In this document: in pieces, positions 48,584-62,341 of the stretch
Layout of the letters: every line of letters starts with the position of its first letter
Position numbering within the stretch: position 1 is the first letter of the stretch
DNA from: Leptogorgia sarmentosa
Taxonomy: Eukaryota
Direction: 5' to 3'
DNA length: 64,000 nt
Assembly: GCA_964658305.1 (NCBI GenBank)
Contig: OZ210885.1
Coordinates: 12,152,001 to 12,216,000 of the forward strand
The notes under the pieces: generated by a model
Told to the model about the DNA's origin: nothing
Seen by the model: only the letters and a program-made list of their open reading frames with translations
Databases searched by the model: none
Position numbers and translations under genes: made by a program

Positions 48584-49998
48584 CATATATTAGTCTTTCC
48601 TATTGAGCATTTTTCTAAAGAATTTGGCCCAAATTTTCCAAGTATGTTCACTTGTAGAATATTTTAGTATCAATCAGCATGTATTTGATTCTACTGTACT
48701 GAATCTCAATCTCTGTGAAGTGATAAGTTAATATTTAATAAGCTCCTAAAGTAGAAATAATATTGATCAGGACTAAACAACAATACAATTAATATTAGTA
48801 GTACAGTTAATTATATAATTAATATTACTGTTCAAGTTCAATTTTAAACAATGTCAAATGCTCTGAAAGTGTACTGTAGTTACAGTGTAGTTAGTTCTGT
48901 AGTTACAGTAAATGCAGAATTGAACAAATTGTGGCAGACAAGCTTTTTATTTATTTTGTGCTTCATACCAGGTTTGTATTATTTATTATATGGTCTCTTC
49001 CATCTATTTTGTTCTTATAGTCAAAATTGCATCTTGGCATAAAGTTTACAGTATATATTGTGTATTCATTATGCATTCATTAACTTTGTTGTTGTTGAAG
49101 ACTCATATAGTGGAATTTTAATTGAACTAAACAGAATGAAATTTACCTAAATAAATCAACACACTTGTTTTGACACTTTGACATTTTTAAGGAACATTAT
49201 ATAAGTTAATTTACGTGTTGTTGTTGTTTGTAAGGAAAAGATCAAGAAACTTCGAAGGACAAAAACCATAAAAAAACACTATTTTGACAACTTAATTTAT
49301 CTATTCGTTTGATATTTGTACAAAATTAAAAAAGCTTAAAACACGTCCGTGTGTCTTTGTTGCGAAGAGTTCACAACAACACTTGACTTGATAGAGATTA
49401 GCAGACACAAAATCAATACCGTAGACTAGTGATAAATTTTGACCACTTGTAAACTTATGCCTTTTAAGGATTGTCATTTTGCTTACATTCTTATATTCAC
49501 AAGTGGATAAACATTGGACCATTCCAAAAAAATTCTTTCAGTACAACAGGATTAAACTTTGTTTACAAGCCCATGCCATGGCCATATTATTGTTCATAAT
49601 TGAAAACAATATTAATATACTGTACCGGTAAACTATATCTAGAACAGCACTGCTGCCTACTGTCCAGGAACGAGTCAGAAACACAATATACAGTTGTGCA
49701 TATATTAATTTATCAAATTTAAAGTATAATTTCTCAGTAATTTCAATTCATCATTCGAACCAACGTCACTATAAAATAAAATCTAATTTTCTAAAATTTG
49801 ATACACACGCGGGTGTCTTAGCACACAGCCCACTGCGTTCCTTCTTGAGATGGTAACTTCGAAACAGTAAAAATATAGCATGCTGCTCAAGTTCAGTGAC
49901 CTGGTCTGGCAGAAACATTATCTGTATGTACATTTACTATAACCCTGTGTATAGTAAATCTATGAATCTATAAATCAGACCTTTCGGTGATTTCCACG

Positions 49999-50773
49999 CA
50001 AGGGCGTCAATCCGTCCCAAAAAGTGGGGGGGGGGGACCATAAGCTTACGGGCTACATTTTTTCAGGGGGGCAGAGAGATCTTTGCCCGAATTTGAGGGC
50101 AGTGAATGTCACGAGGCGCCACCACGGTTGGCGCCGAGCGAGAAATTTTTGAACTTTTACAACATCTGGATTGCTGGAAACGGCGATTTCAGAGTCCTAA
50201 CTCCACTTTCTTGGTACGCTCGTTCAGGTGAACGACTGGAGGATTGTTGACATTATTTGAACTTTTTGGGGGGCAGTTGCCAATATAATTTAGGCAAGAA
50301 ATTCGGCGGAATTATGGTAAAAATCGTTCCCAGAACGCTGAAAATGGTATTTGTGCATGTTTCAAATTTCAAAATTTTTCGGGGAAGATTGCCCCCAGAC
50401 CCTTCTAGAAAGGGGCACGTTTCATTACTATTTTACAACAGACAGATTTTTGTCCCCCCCCCCATAGGCGTACGAGGCGTGCCCCTTTCGTGCCCCATTG
50501 AACGTGTGTACGTGGCTGAGGTCCGTTTATTGCCTTTCCAATTAGGATTTCATTCGCAGAACTATTCGAAGGCTCCGAATAGTTTTCTTCTGATCTCAGA
50601 TTGTTGATTGTACTTCACAATTCACGATGTATAGCATGGGGTTTTAAGATTACCAAAAAACAATTTTTTTTAAACATGATAAAAAGTGGGGGGGATAATT
50701 AGATATTCGTCCCCCCCACTTCAAAAAGTGGGGGGGACACGTCCCCCCATCCCCCCCAGGATTGACGCCCTTG
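49999..50773. mobile_element. hAT-type MITE
   Basis: CAAGGGCGTCAATCC / GGATTGACGCCCTTG; exact 8-bp TSD TTTCCACG. Confidence 0.88.
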
Positions 50774-51289
50774 TTTCCACGAACAAACCCTGGTAGAAAC
50801 CTTAATCAGGATCCTACAGGATCCTATAAGATCTTATAGGATCCTGTTTAGGAACAAGATCTTAATTAGGATCCTGTAGGATCTTAATCAGGAAAAAGGA
50901 TTGGCTTAAGATCTTAGTATCAAGTAAGATCTTACTTAGGATCCTAATGTCATAAGATCCTAAGGTCGTAAGATCTTACTTAGAATCCTAAGATCCTGCC
51001 TAAAAGCCTAAGAAAAATTTGAACAGCTCAATAATTTTGTACACAATATTTTGTGTAAATGTATTTATATGGGTTATCTTGGAGCAATCTAAAATACACT
51101 TTTATGATTTATATATTTTCAAAGTATTATTACTAAATCAACAAACAAGTATTTACAATTACGTCAGTAGATGTCCCTGTAAATTTAAATGCAATTGAAA
51201 CTAGCCCTCAATACATCAATTTCAAAAAGTGATCTATATGTTATAATAACTAACAAACAATTATATATTTTCTTGACTGTTTTACTAAT

Positions 51290-51830
51290 TAAATATTAAC
51301 AATTTCCTTTATGATTTACTCAAGAATTTATTCAAGATCTTAACAATTTCTTATAAGATTCACTCAAGATCTTAACAATTCCCCATAAGATTTACTCAGG
51401 ATCCTGACAATTTCCTATAAGATTCACTTTAGGATCCTAATAATTTCCTGTAAGATTTACTCAAGATCTTAACAATTTCTTATAAGATTTACTCAAGATC
51501 TTAACGATTTCTTATAAGATTTACTTTAAGATCTTGACAAGTTCTTATATGATTTACTTAAGATCTTAACAATTTCTTATAAGATTTACTCAAGATTATG
51601 ACAATTTCCCATAAGATTTACTCAGGATCTTTACAATTTCCTATAAGATTCACTTTAGGATCCTAACAATTTCCTATAAGATTTACTTTAGGATCCTAAC
51701 AATTTCCTATAAGATTTACTCAAGATCTTAACAATTTCTTATTAGATTTACTCAAGATCTCAACAATTTCTTATAACATTTTAGTCAGGATTTTAACAAT
51801 TTCCTATAAGAATTACTCAAGATACCAACA
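51290..51830. repeat. 32-33-bp subterminal tandem repeat (TAAGATTTACTCAAGATCTTAACAATTTCTTA)
   Basis: ~16 visible units. Confidence 0.9.
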
Positions 51831-51930
51831 GGTACAATTACTACTCTCAGTTGCCGGTGATCCTAAAACGTCTTAACCGCTGCATTTTTTCAGATTTAAC
51901 ATAACATTGAAGTCATAAAACTGTATCTAA

Positions 51931-52372
51931 AGGTACGTTTACACCACAGAGGATATATTATACAGAGATATAACTAATGTAAATCAATATGAAAAAACTC
52001 GCATTTTCACGTACCCACTTTTTTTTCAATGCGATCGGCAGAAAATGATCAACTGCGCATGCTTGGCAAGTTTAAATTTAGTCGTCATCCAATCAGATGC
52101 ACGCATCTAGTAACTTGCCGAGCATGCGCACAAAAATAGTGGGTACAGCAGTTGGACCTCTGCATGTATATACTCTGTGTTTACACTCTACGATTTGTCG
52201 GACACGATTCGCAGTCTGGCGTATGTAATCGAGTGAACACGCGCGAGAATGTAGCATTTCAAATTACGGTTCAATCATAACGGCACACGGAGTCGAATGA
52301 TGGCGTCAACACTATTTTCCATACGCCAGAATGCGAATCGTGCCCGACAAATCGTAGTGTGTGAACGTAGCT
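51931..52372. mobile_element. PIF/Harbinger MITE (TAA TSD), itself interrupted by a 235-bp MITE at 51945-52179
   Basis: TAA|AGGTACGTTTACAC...GTGTGAACGTAGCT|TAA; inner element CACAGAG...CTCTGTG with 7-bp TSD TTTACAC. Confidence 0.75.
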
Positions 52373-52385
52373 TAAGACTGGTTTC

Positions 52386-55300
52386 TTAGTCATGTTGATA
52401 GCGTTTTAAGACGGAAGACACAAATCCGTAACCATTGTTTTCCTTGGATTCGACGAGGACAACCTTGGAAACAATGGAAGAACAGTTGATTAACTTCTGC
52501 TGGTTTGTCCGCCTAACCGCAACAAAATGGCACCCAAGATAGTCAGACGAATGGAACTCTTTCATTACGGGATCGTTTGGTTCTTGCGGCAAATCATTGC
52601 ATACGTTATGCTGCAAATTACGGAAGAGACTGATCACAGCAAAACCAACGTCGCCCTGTTTGACAAAAAATTCCACTTTCCCAAAATACTCCTGTTCATT
52701 CTCACGGATCTTTATCAGAAAACTGACTGATTTCTTTCGGCGAACATAGCTAGTGCTGTGGTAAGTCTGTCCATGTTTGTTCATTCTTTGGGCAACAAGC
52801 AAGTTTTCTTCTTGATGGCAGGGAAAACCTTCGACATTGTCTATTGCGGTTGTTAAAGGCTTCAGAGGCCCAATGAAACTTACACCATTTGCAAGTTCGA
52901 CCATATCAGGAAGACGGTTGTACCTCAAAAGTTGTTCAGCAAATTCTTTTGCGTCGTTGTTACCTCTGAGGGCATTAAAAACATGATACTCTGCATGTTG
53001 TGCAACTGCCAACTTCTTGCATATCTGGTCAGGAATACCACGCGTACCGTGAGACAGCCTCTTCAAATGGGCAAGCATCGATTCAAAAATAAATGCTGAG
53101 TGCAGGATCAAAGGACCATGTTCTCTAACTTGTTCTGCAAGATGGGTTAAGGAATGTGAGTTGAATGTTGCTTCCGAAATATCATATAATTCAGGCAGCA
53201 ACCTGGTGTAGCTTAGAAGCATTGCTTTAGCAATGTCAATTTCTTGATCAGTGATGCTATATTCACACAATAACCGCACACCGGTAACCAAAAGGGAATG
53301 GTGATAGAAAATTTCTGACGGTAGAATATCTTTCAGAACCGGAAGGCTTGCGTGAAGAAAAAAGTTCTGCTTTTCACTCGCTTTCCATCTCTTCAATTCG
53401 TTTAGCGATCTAAATTTCCGCTTGAAATCATGAGGTAACCCAATGCTGTGAAGACGGTCACTCAAACACTGAATATGCGGCTTTAGATTAACACCACTTG
53501 GACACGATCCTGACAACCATTTTGCCATGCGCCTGGTGAATTCACCTTCGAGAACTTGATGCATGTAATCAAACAACAGCATCTCTGGGATTTGTAAAAT
53601 TGTATGCACAACTGAAGAACCTTTCACACCAAAAACTGTCTCTCCCGTTTCTGCTGCTAACTGAGCATGAGTTAAAGTATCGCGATGATTTCGTCTGGGA
53701 AATGCTGTGGGTGTATAAGGATAAACACGTTTGTTACCACGACCAGGCATCCTTTGACCTGGATGTAAGCAAGAGCAACAACCAAATCTGCCATTGTGTA
53801 GTATAAAATTAACCGATGGGGCTTTTGCTACCAAATCAGCAACTTGCCCGCTCACCATCAGCTTAAAGTTTTGTTCCATTCGCTCATGAGACAAAGTAAA
53901 ACCTTTCGTAAGATTTCCGACTTCCTCGCAAAATTTTGATTGAAACACTTCCATATTTGGTTTCACTTTTCCGTACCAAATACCAGACAACAGTATGTTC
54001 TTGTACGAATATCGTAAATTCAGTGGAAGCTCAACGACAAAACTCTGGATAGGCCAAATTGAAATGTTTTTGGACCGAAAAGCAGGTGCTCCATCAAGAT
54101 GCCAGTAAATTGTGACAGGAAAGAATCCACTTTGGTTTACCTCGGCAAATAGGTGTTGGTATACTTTTCCATCAATTATATCCGTATAAATACATGGGGT
54201 ATGGGTATAGTTTTGGATAAATTTTTTTATGGAGTCCCAATGCTCTAAAATGATAATATTTTATTATTAATAAACTAATATCATTGTATTGGCGAAGATA
54301 ATAAGATAAGTATATAGTCTTCACTAACCTGTCAATAACCTCTTCAACTCAGGTAGAATATCAATTGTGTAAAATACGCTGGAATTTTCACCACTAGCAT
54401 ATCTTTGATGGTAGTTGCATGTCCGATTTTCACACAAGTCCTTCGTGAGAAGCGTTTGGCAATTCGTGCAGGTGACGTATTTGGTGGATACATACTCCAA
54501 CTCTCTTTCCGTTTCCTTTTCAAAAATGTAGCTTGATTTGGGTAGCTTGCTCCCTTTAGGTAAGCACAATTCCAACATCTTTAACATGCTGTCTAGTGCT
54601 ATATTTGCAATGTTGTGCCTTTGCCTTAATGCCAACAGAATAGCATTAAATTCGGAAACAGACAATGAAGAGTCCTGAAACAGTGGTAGACCTTTCCGAA
54701 ACACGCCCTCCTCATCCGAGATGCTACTTTCATCACTATCACTGAGTAAAGATATGTCATCATGTGTATCTGAACATGAGTCGGAAATCTCGTCATCGCT
54801 TCGTTGGTAACCCTCAACGGTCTCTGTTTCACTGTTTTCAAAATCTATAAAATAGAACGTTTGTTTCTCTTTTATCTACTGTACATGCTTACTGCGATGA
54901 ACTTCCCAAGTTCTATGCCGGATTTAAGATAAAATGAAGGTAAAATGAAGGCTCGAATCCTTCAGCGTAAATTATACTAGAGTGGCAATTATATAATTCA
55001 TACCATGAATGGGCGAATGAACAAAGTTGCCAGTTGGCTGTTCATCAATACCACGACCATGATTAACATCTTCTGTAGCATTTGCATAACTTCCTTCCAC
55101 AAAATCAAAATCATGCTCTGCATCCTGATTCATCTCGGGAAAAGAACGCTCGTTGTTGCAGTTTTTCTTGAGAAATTTATTACATGACACATCTTCATCC
55201 GACTGATTAGAACCGTTTGACGTGTTGGAGGAAGAACTAATCTCAGTGCTATCGCTATCAGTATCACTGTTGCTGGTTCTGCTTTGTCTAATAAATGTAG

Positions 55301-56651
55301 GAGATCCTAAAAAATGGTATTTGGAGTCAGTGAATATTTTATGTTACCAAATAATTCTGGCCATCCTTTTCTGCAAAATTGTGCTTGGAATGGAGTGCAT
55401 ATAACTTGATCATCATGCTTGCATAATAAACTGATAGTACCCGCAGAAAAACTTTTATTACCTTCTACAACGAGTATCGAATTAAGTTCGACAACATTAA
55501 TGGGTATGCCAAACGAATTACATACAATTCATATAATTATATAAGGAAAAATTGAAAAAAAATTTCAATGGCATTTCGAAAAATTCGGAAATAATTAAGT
55601 TCGAAAAGTATAAATATGCTATTCGTGAAATAAATCAATTTCTCGATCTCTTTGAAGAAAAAAAAAATCCGCCCATAGTTGACGCCCATCCCACGGAGTA
55701 ACCTCAACGCAGTTATGATGCCAGCCTCCCTAACCATACCACAGGGACTCCAATAATAGTCGATGGACTTTGACTGGGTGCATGGGAGGACGCGCACCAA
55801 GACCCAAACTTATCACGTGCGCTAGCACACGTATAGATGGCACCTTTATCTTTCCCCAGTCACACTCTTAATGCATATTGTCTCATATTTAAGTAGATCA
55901 CAACAGTCATCATTAGGGCATGTGGTACATGCTCAGGTACATGCCATATTACTGCGCATGCTTGGGTATTGAATAATGTTTACATCTTTTGAAAGGTAAA
56001 AACCTTTTCTGAGATGATAACCACAAATTAGTAGGATATCTAATCTGTGCCTGAACAGACCTGAACTCAATGTTATCACTGTTTTGAACGCTGTCGTTGT
56101 CCACAAAATTCAAAATATTGAAATTCCGGACGACGCGACGACGTTCTCGCCCCCCCCCCCCAGGTTAAAACGTGGTTAAAAGTTTTATAATACCGCTTGC
56201 CTGTGACTAACTGGAGAAAATGACACATGCAGCTTAAGCGCTGTGCAATAGTTTAGGCTAAATGACCGAAAATAAAAGTATTGTTTGGTTCAATTCCTTG
56301 TATAATTTGGCTAAAACATAGCGACAAAGCGAGCGAGATGCTAAACGTAATATTATATATAGCAGGGTTAAAATATTAAAGATCTTTCGCTTGTGCCAAA
56401 TTATTGTTTGCAAGGAAATTAATGTAACACTTACCAACAAAGTGAATTTCCTCTCTTTCTGAGTCATCACTAGAGCTGTCAAAACCTGAAACGAGCTGTT
56501 TCAATCGTCTGTCGTTAAAAGTCCTTTTCCTAGGATTTTTTACCCAGTTTTCAGCTTCAGATGAAGATTCCCCTGAAGTTTGCTCGGACACTGTTTCTTC
56601 AGCTGACGGCGAAGAATCAGTATTCGTGTGTTTTGCTAAGCCAGAACTCAT
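52386..56651 (-). CDS. EnSpm/CACTA transposase, ~964 aa (exons 56651-56435, 55306-55004, 54844-54329, 54244-52386)
   Basis: Phase-1 GT-AG introns, open frame. Motifs DIIDG, LDGAPAF, SIWPI, VADLVAKA, NGRFGCCSC, FDYMH, WKASE, FNSHSLTHL..QV..HGPL..HSAFIFES. Confidence 0.88.
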
Positions 56652-58191
56652 TTCAATAGAAATCTTGCTACTGATCAGTAGCAAGGTTTCGCAAGTAGCA
56701 AAGAGTATAATATAAAGGAAGCAGCTGTGACATCGATACTTGAGATTGCTCTCTTGCTGCAGGGCCAAAAAACATTATCAATCACTCAAATATGCCGCCC
56801 ATTGTAGTTACAACCAATAGGATTCGTGGTTTCCATGCTGGCGGATACAGCCGGTGGGCAAATTGCATGTGAGTTACCAGCTAGGAATTACTTAGAGTTT
56901 TACAGCAGCGCAGAAGCCCTCGTGTCTTATTAGTTCGATCTTTGTATTTGGTATTATACTATTTTTTGGTGCACAACACTTTACATAATGGCTGTTAGTG
57001 AACGTCTACAGAAAAAATATTTTGCGAACAATTACCCAGGTATGTACCCAATTTACGATATCAATTTTTCAGTGATCGTTACGTTATTCCATACACGCAT
57101 ATGTGTCGCGCGCGAAGTGAAAATCTTAAATAAATGGCTTGGTTTAAGTAAACGTTGACTAAGACATAAGACAGTTCTGCGCTTCACTGTTTGTGTGTAT
57201 TTTTGCCGTGTTTGTGTGTACATTTGCAGGAACGCGCGAAATTGAAGGCCACGGCTCAGATCTGTATTTGATCATGTATATACTACGCCTTCTGCAGTTG
57301 ACAATTTAAGTCAGTTAGATGTATCTTTCCCACACATGCAAGACTAGTGCTTATACTATTACCAATGCGTTCATGATTAGTAACTAGTCGGTAAGATAAC
57401 AAACACGCGCGCACGACACGTCGTCGAAATGAAGCGCAAATGTAAATCAAAATTTCTCATTGCTCAGAGACAAGGCACTAGGTTCGGACTAAAAATGTAG
57501 TCCGTAGAATGTAGATGAATAAATAGGTATACGACTTCGAGGTGCTAATGTCACAGTATAAACTTTTGAAACAGAATCTGTACCAAGTCACACTCATGTC
57601 GTCATTTGGTTTCAAGATGAAGACAAATATTCACTTACGGATATGAAAAATATAGTGGCAAAGGAGCCGAAAGAAAAATGCATGGTTACCGTCAAGACTG
57701 GTAGCGCACGGTATGTTGGTCGCGCAATGTTCATTGGTGAGTATTTGTGCATGCATGTTTGTCTGTATTTTTATTGTATAAAGGCCCGCGGTTTCCACTC
57801 GGGATAATGCATGGCGTCTGACCGGACAGGAACAAAATTGAACCCACAAATGAGTTTCTGTTATCTGCATCAGTTTGAACCTATGATCCTGCAATGAGTT
57901 CAATTTTTTTGTAAGGCGGTGTGGCTAACAAATGATGAAAAAGCGTCCGGTCCGATTCGATGCTTGTTTCCTGAGTGGAAATCGACCTTATAATACCAAA
58001 ATGATCCAATTTGTTACCGTGTACTACGTTGTTCAGCCCTGTCGCAAATTGTATGGTTACAACTTATTCAGATTTATTGCGATTGTTTGGAAATGGTCTA
58101 AATTAGCTGGAATGTACTAGTCATCATGTCTTGTTTCATTAGTTCTTAAATACACTGTAAATTATATAGCCATGCATTTCTTATTGTTAAG

Positions 58192-60146
58192 GTACTCATG
58201 TCCAGTGTCAAAAAAAACTGAAAAAATACGAAGAAATGTTGGATGGTGTAGAGTCAGATGAAGGAGATTGCACGGAAAAGTCGAATGAAAAAAAATCAGG
58301 TGAAAACGCAGAACTGACGTCAAAATCATTTTATCTTTGTATTATTCCAAATATGCCCAGAATGAGATTAAGTCGCAGTACTTGTTTTATATATAAGGAC
58401 TACTTGCCCGTCAACTGAAATTCCAAATTTACGCCATTGCAAACAACCTATAGTACAACAGTTTTTTTTTAATTATATAGGCAGTCGAAAGAGAAAATTA
58501 ACCGAACTGGAGTCAGATCCAGAAAATAGCGATGATGAACAGCCTACAATCACATCGCATTTGGGTAACAAATTCTATTCGTATTTCTTTTCGTAAATGT
58601 CTTAAAACAAGGATTCTAAAATAAATAATGCATAGTGCATTTTGTTACAATCATCCAGCCTTTGGATCAACCTAAAATTATTATTTCAGCTACCTTTTCC
58701 CCCAATATTTGTAGCCGAATCGACAACACAGCGACACTGTTATTTTTTTCGATTCTTAATAGAGAAGGATGTTGACACAGAAACGACCCCCGTTAAAAAG
58801 TTGTTGGAAAAAAGAAGCGAGGTAAATAAAACCTGGCCTATAACTCGGCCACCCCAAGCATTTTAAAAGTCGGTGGTGTGTATATAATGTAGTGCAGTTC
58901 AAGTCAACCAGATATTTCTGATTATATTAATTGTCACGCGGTTTGTATACACATCAGGCAGTATATTTCAAGGTTCCTACCCTAATTCGCCCAAACTTCC
59001 AGCTGCGTAAGTCATAACCATAATGTATCATAACCATAATGTAACTGTTTAATGTAGATACCACCTGGTAGAACTGAAATGAAAGAACCCGCAAATGAAT
59101 TATTCACGCAACTGTTTAAAAGGCTGGACGGAATTCAGAGAACTTTAGACAAAATTTTGGAGAAAAGTTCGGCGGAATCGTCTCATAGTTACGTCTATTC
59201 GACCCCACCGAGCAAAAAAACAAAGAACGTTGTCGAGGATGTGGTGGTGGACAAAATATCTGCCAAGTCTTCAAGTCCAAAGGTAAAATCACTTAACTGT
59301 CAATAAAAAATTGTAATGTCCATTTATGCTCTGATGAATGTGAGCGCCAGATATCAAATACTCCATCATGTTCTTTTTCACTTGGTGTTTATACTAGGTC
59401 CAAGAAGTTGCAATTGACATTGAAGAATATGGAAAAGATGAAGAATTTGTAAGATATCATATTTACAGTACAATACTTTAGTTATATACTAATCCTTAGA
59501 CTTAGTTTAATGTCACAACATTGCGCATTTATTTTCAAAAGGTTCGCTAACAAACCAATGAAGCTTTTGATCGCTTTAAAATGCCGTATTTTTTCTTTCA
59601 GGAGGTGGGAGGAATAAACCTGTTGACAGACGTTCCTGCTAAGTCTAAAAAGCCGAATCTCTATGCAACCCAGTTGCTCTCCATCCTATTTAAAGAGGAG
59701 GAACTGATAAATGGGTGTGTCGAACCGAGGGATTCAAAATGGAAGAAAAAAGTCCTGAGCCAGGAAAAAATAAATTTAATAAAGAGTAAGTTTTTGCAGT
59801 TTTGCTTTGGTTTTGCAGTCATTACTTAAACAGACATTAACCAAAAAGCAGAGTGTTATACAAAAAGTTAACATCAGCACCTGTGTAACATTTTTGATGT
59901 TTTTAAAACGTATTAATCTTTATGAGGTACAAGCCAAACTGCAAAAATAAAAACTGAATTTATTTTTTCATAGAGTGTTTGAGTATTAAATACGGAGACA
60001 AAATTCAGAGGAATTGGTCGGAAATACGCCAGAGCCTCAACCAAAAGTGTTTGGACAAAAAAAAGCAACATTTAAAGAGAAGTCAATGTCAATTAGACTT
60101 CAAGAAAAAAGAAGATACGGATGATGGTTATGAGAACGATGAGTGA
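58192..60146 (+). CDS. Multi-exon BEN-domain protein (second gene of the CACTA element); 5' exon(s) uncertain, possible ATG at 56988
   Basis: GT-AG exons at ~58192, 58481, 58763, 59059, 59398, 59602-59785, 59974-60146. The last two encode YATQLLSILFKEEEL...LSQEKINLIKKCLSIKY...WSEIRQSLNQKCLD. Confidence 0.65.
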
Positions 60147-60264
60147 GAGTTAAAAACAATATATATAATTATTATTGTACAGTATAACTTGTTAAACAGC
60201 CATATATTAATACATTATTCAAATCAACATGAAAGCTTGTGTGTTGTGCCATTTTTCTTTCAGA

Positions 60265-60750
60265 TTTTTAAGATCTTGCAATTAAAACATTTAAGATTTT
60301 ATGCAAGATCTAAATACGATCCTTGTTAGGATCCTTTAAGATTACTATAAGATCTTATTAGGATCTTTCAGGATTATTATAAGATCTTATTAAGATCATT
60401 TAAGATTACAATAAGATCTTATTAAGACCATTAAGACGTATATAAGATCTTATTAAAAGCCATTGATATTTATAAGATCTTATTAAGATCCTTTAAGATT
60501 TATCCAAGATCTTATCAGGATCTTTTAAGATCCTAATTATGATCTTATTAAGATCCTATTAAGATCTTATTGTAGGATCCTATAAGATCTTGTAAGATCT
60601 TGTAAGATCCTACAGGATCTTACATAAGATCTTACAAGATCTTACAGGATCCTGTAAGATCTTATAGGATCCTATATTAAGATCTTAAAAGGATCTTACT
60701 AAGATCTTACTCAAGATCTTAGTAAGATCTTACTTAAGATCTTAATTAAG
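60265..60750. repeat. Right subterminal palindrome array of the CACTA element
   Basis: Dense AAGATCTT/AGGATCCT/TAAGATCTTA motifs. Confidence 0.9.
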
Positions 60751-62341
60751 ATTTCTACCAGGGCTGTTTAATGAGAAGGTGAATTTTGATAGACTTCTAT
60801 CAGCCAACGTAATTGCTGATATTATTTCACTAATATTAAATCATGATTGTAACCTTGTCATATGAAATGCAGCTATAAATATTTGTAAGCAAATCTTGCT
60901 TAGTAAGCCATATTCCCCTCGTGAGCAATTTCTATTAGCATTAGTAATATCAGTATTGAACAATTCCGTGTTAACAGAGCGAAAACTTTTAGGTTTTGGT
61001 GGAGTTTTCAGCAAATAAATTCTGATAGGGATATAAACTCGCTTGAAATGGCGATCAATACAATCATGTATGGCAAAATATAAACGTAGGTACAGCATGA
61101 AGATTTAGCTTCCGGCTTTGGTCTTTTGCAGTTCGTTCATTATTTCGAGCATATTATACCTATTTGTAAACTTATTACGGTTGAATATATTTGTTCCGTC
61201 ATTTGTGTCGTTCATGTCTAACGTATTTTCCTTTCAACGGGTATATTGCTTTCCTAACACACGGCATCTTCGCAGCTCTGTGACGGGAAATCCTACGGGA
61301 ATTTCTTTGGTTTACTCTACATTTAAATCAAACTCACCTCCTTGGTTATTCCCTGCCCCGCTTTCAATTATTCGTCAATGTAGTATGATTGCAATTATAT
61401 TGACAGAGAACGAAATACATGAAACTCACTGCTACAATAAAGCACAGACTGGCTAAAATATTAAAACTCTGAGTGTAATCAGAACATGGCTTGAGAAAAG
61501 GGGAAATCCCTTTCAATTTCCGGCAGATTAAAATTCAGCCTGCGATGAGAATGCCTTGGAAAATAGTTTTAAAATTCCTTGAATTTTCCTTTAGTTTCTA
61601 TCAATATGTCACTTCGATTTCTCTATCGTGCTACCATCAGACGTGAAAGTCAAACATATTTTATAACCATATTGTATACAAAGAGAAAATGACGGTAACA
61701 CATCTATCTAAGGCTTAAAATGTCGTTTGTGAAATTCAGGTAGAGTTATGACTTTTGCTGCCTTTATTTCACTAAATACATCACAGTTGCCCACATTTCA
61801 CTAAGACTTCAGCTCTAAAATATCATCTTGGAGGCTCAAAATGAAAGTGGAGATTAATCACAGTCTACGTAGCCAAGAGCTATGCGATACTACCCCCATT
61901 ACAATCTCTAAATTTTTTATCCTAACTACAGCGCGCAACTTAAACTTCATCCGATATACCAGAATATGATTTTTAATTTCTCCACATTCACTGCGGATCA
62001 GTATAGATGGTATCGTGGAAAATATAACGCGAAACCTGCTCAGCATAAGCAATTTTGCGTGCCATTCTTGATCGGTAATCCCTTCGATTTGTATGCGTGG
62101 ATTATACAGTCTTCCTATATTCTTGTTAGCATATTATAACCCAGCAAAAAATTGAGGAAGCTACAGCCCACTCTAGGCCATGGGCTCTGCTGCGCTTGTA
62201 GAAAATAGTTCGAATTCCTCGTATGATATTTTTAAAGACTTTGTATAGCAAAGGCATAGGAAAATATCCGCGAGTACACGCAGTCTGCATTCCGCAGTAA
62301 TCGCATTGGCCAAGCTAGGAATGTTACATTTCGATCGAAAT

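Larger units (their letters stand above)
50788..60763. mobile_element. ~10-kb EnSpm/CACTA-superfamily transposon
   Basis: TIR CCCTGGTAGAAA / TTTCTACCAGGG; AAGATCTT/AGGATCCT-rich subterminal arrays at both ends; transposase plus divergent second gene. Confidence 0.88.

Noticed and set aside
60770..62200. Possible decayed non-LTR retrotransposon on the minus strand
   Set aside because: Only frameshifted hints of an endonuclease motif; cannot be supported without a translated search.
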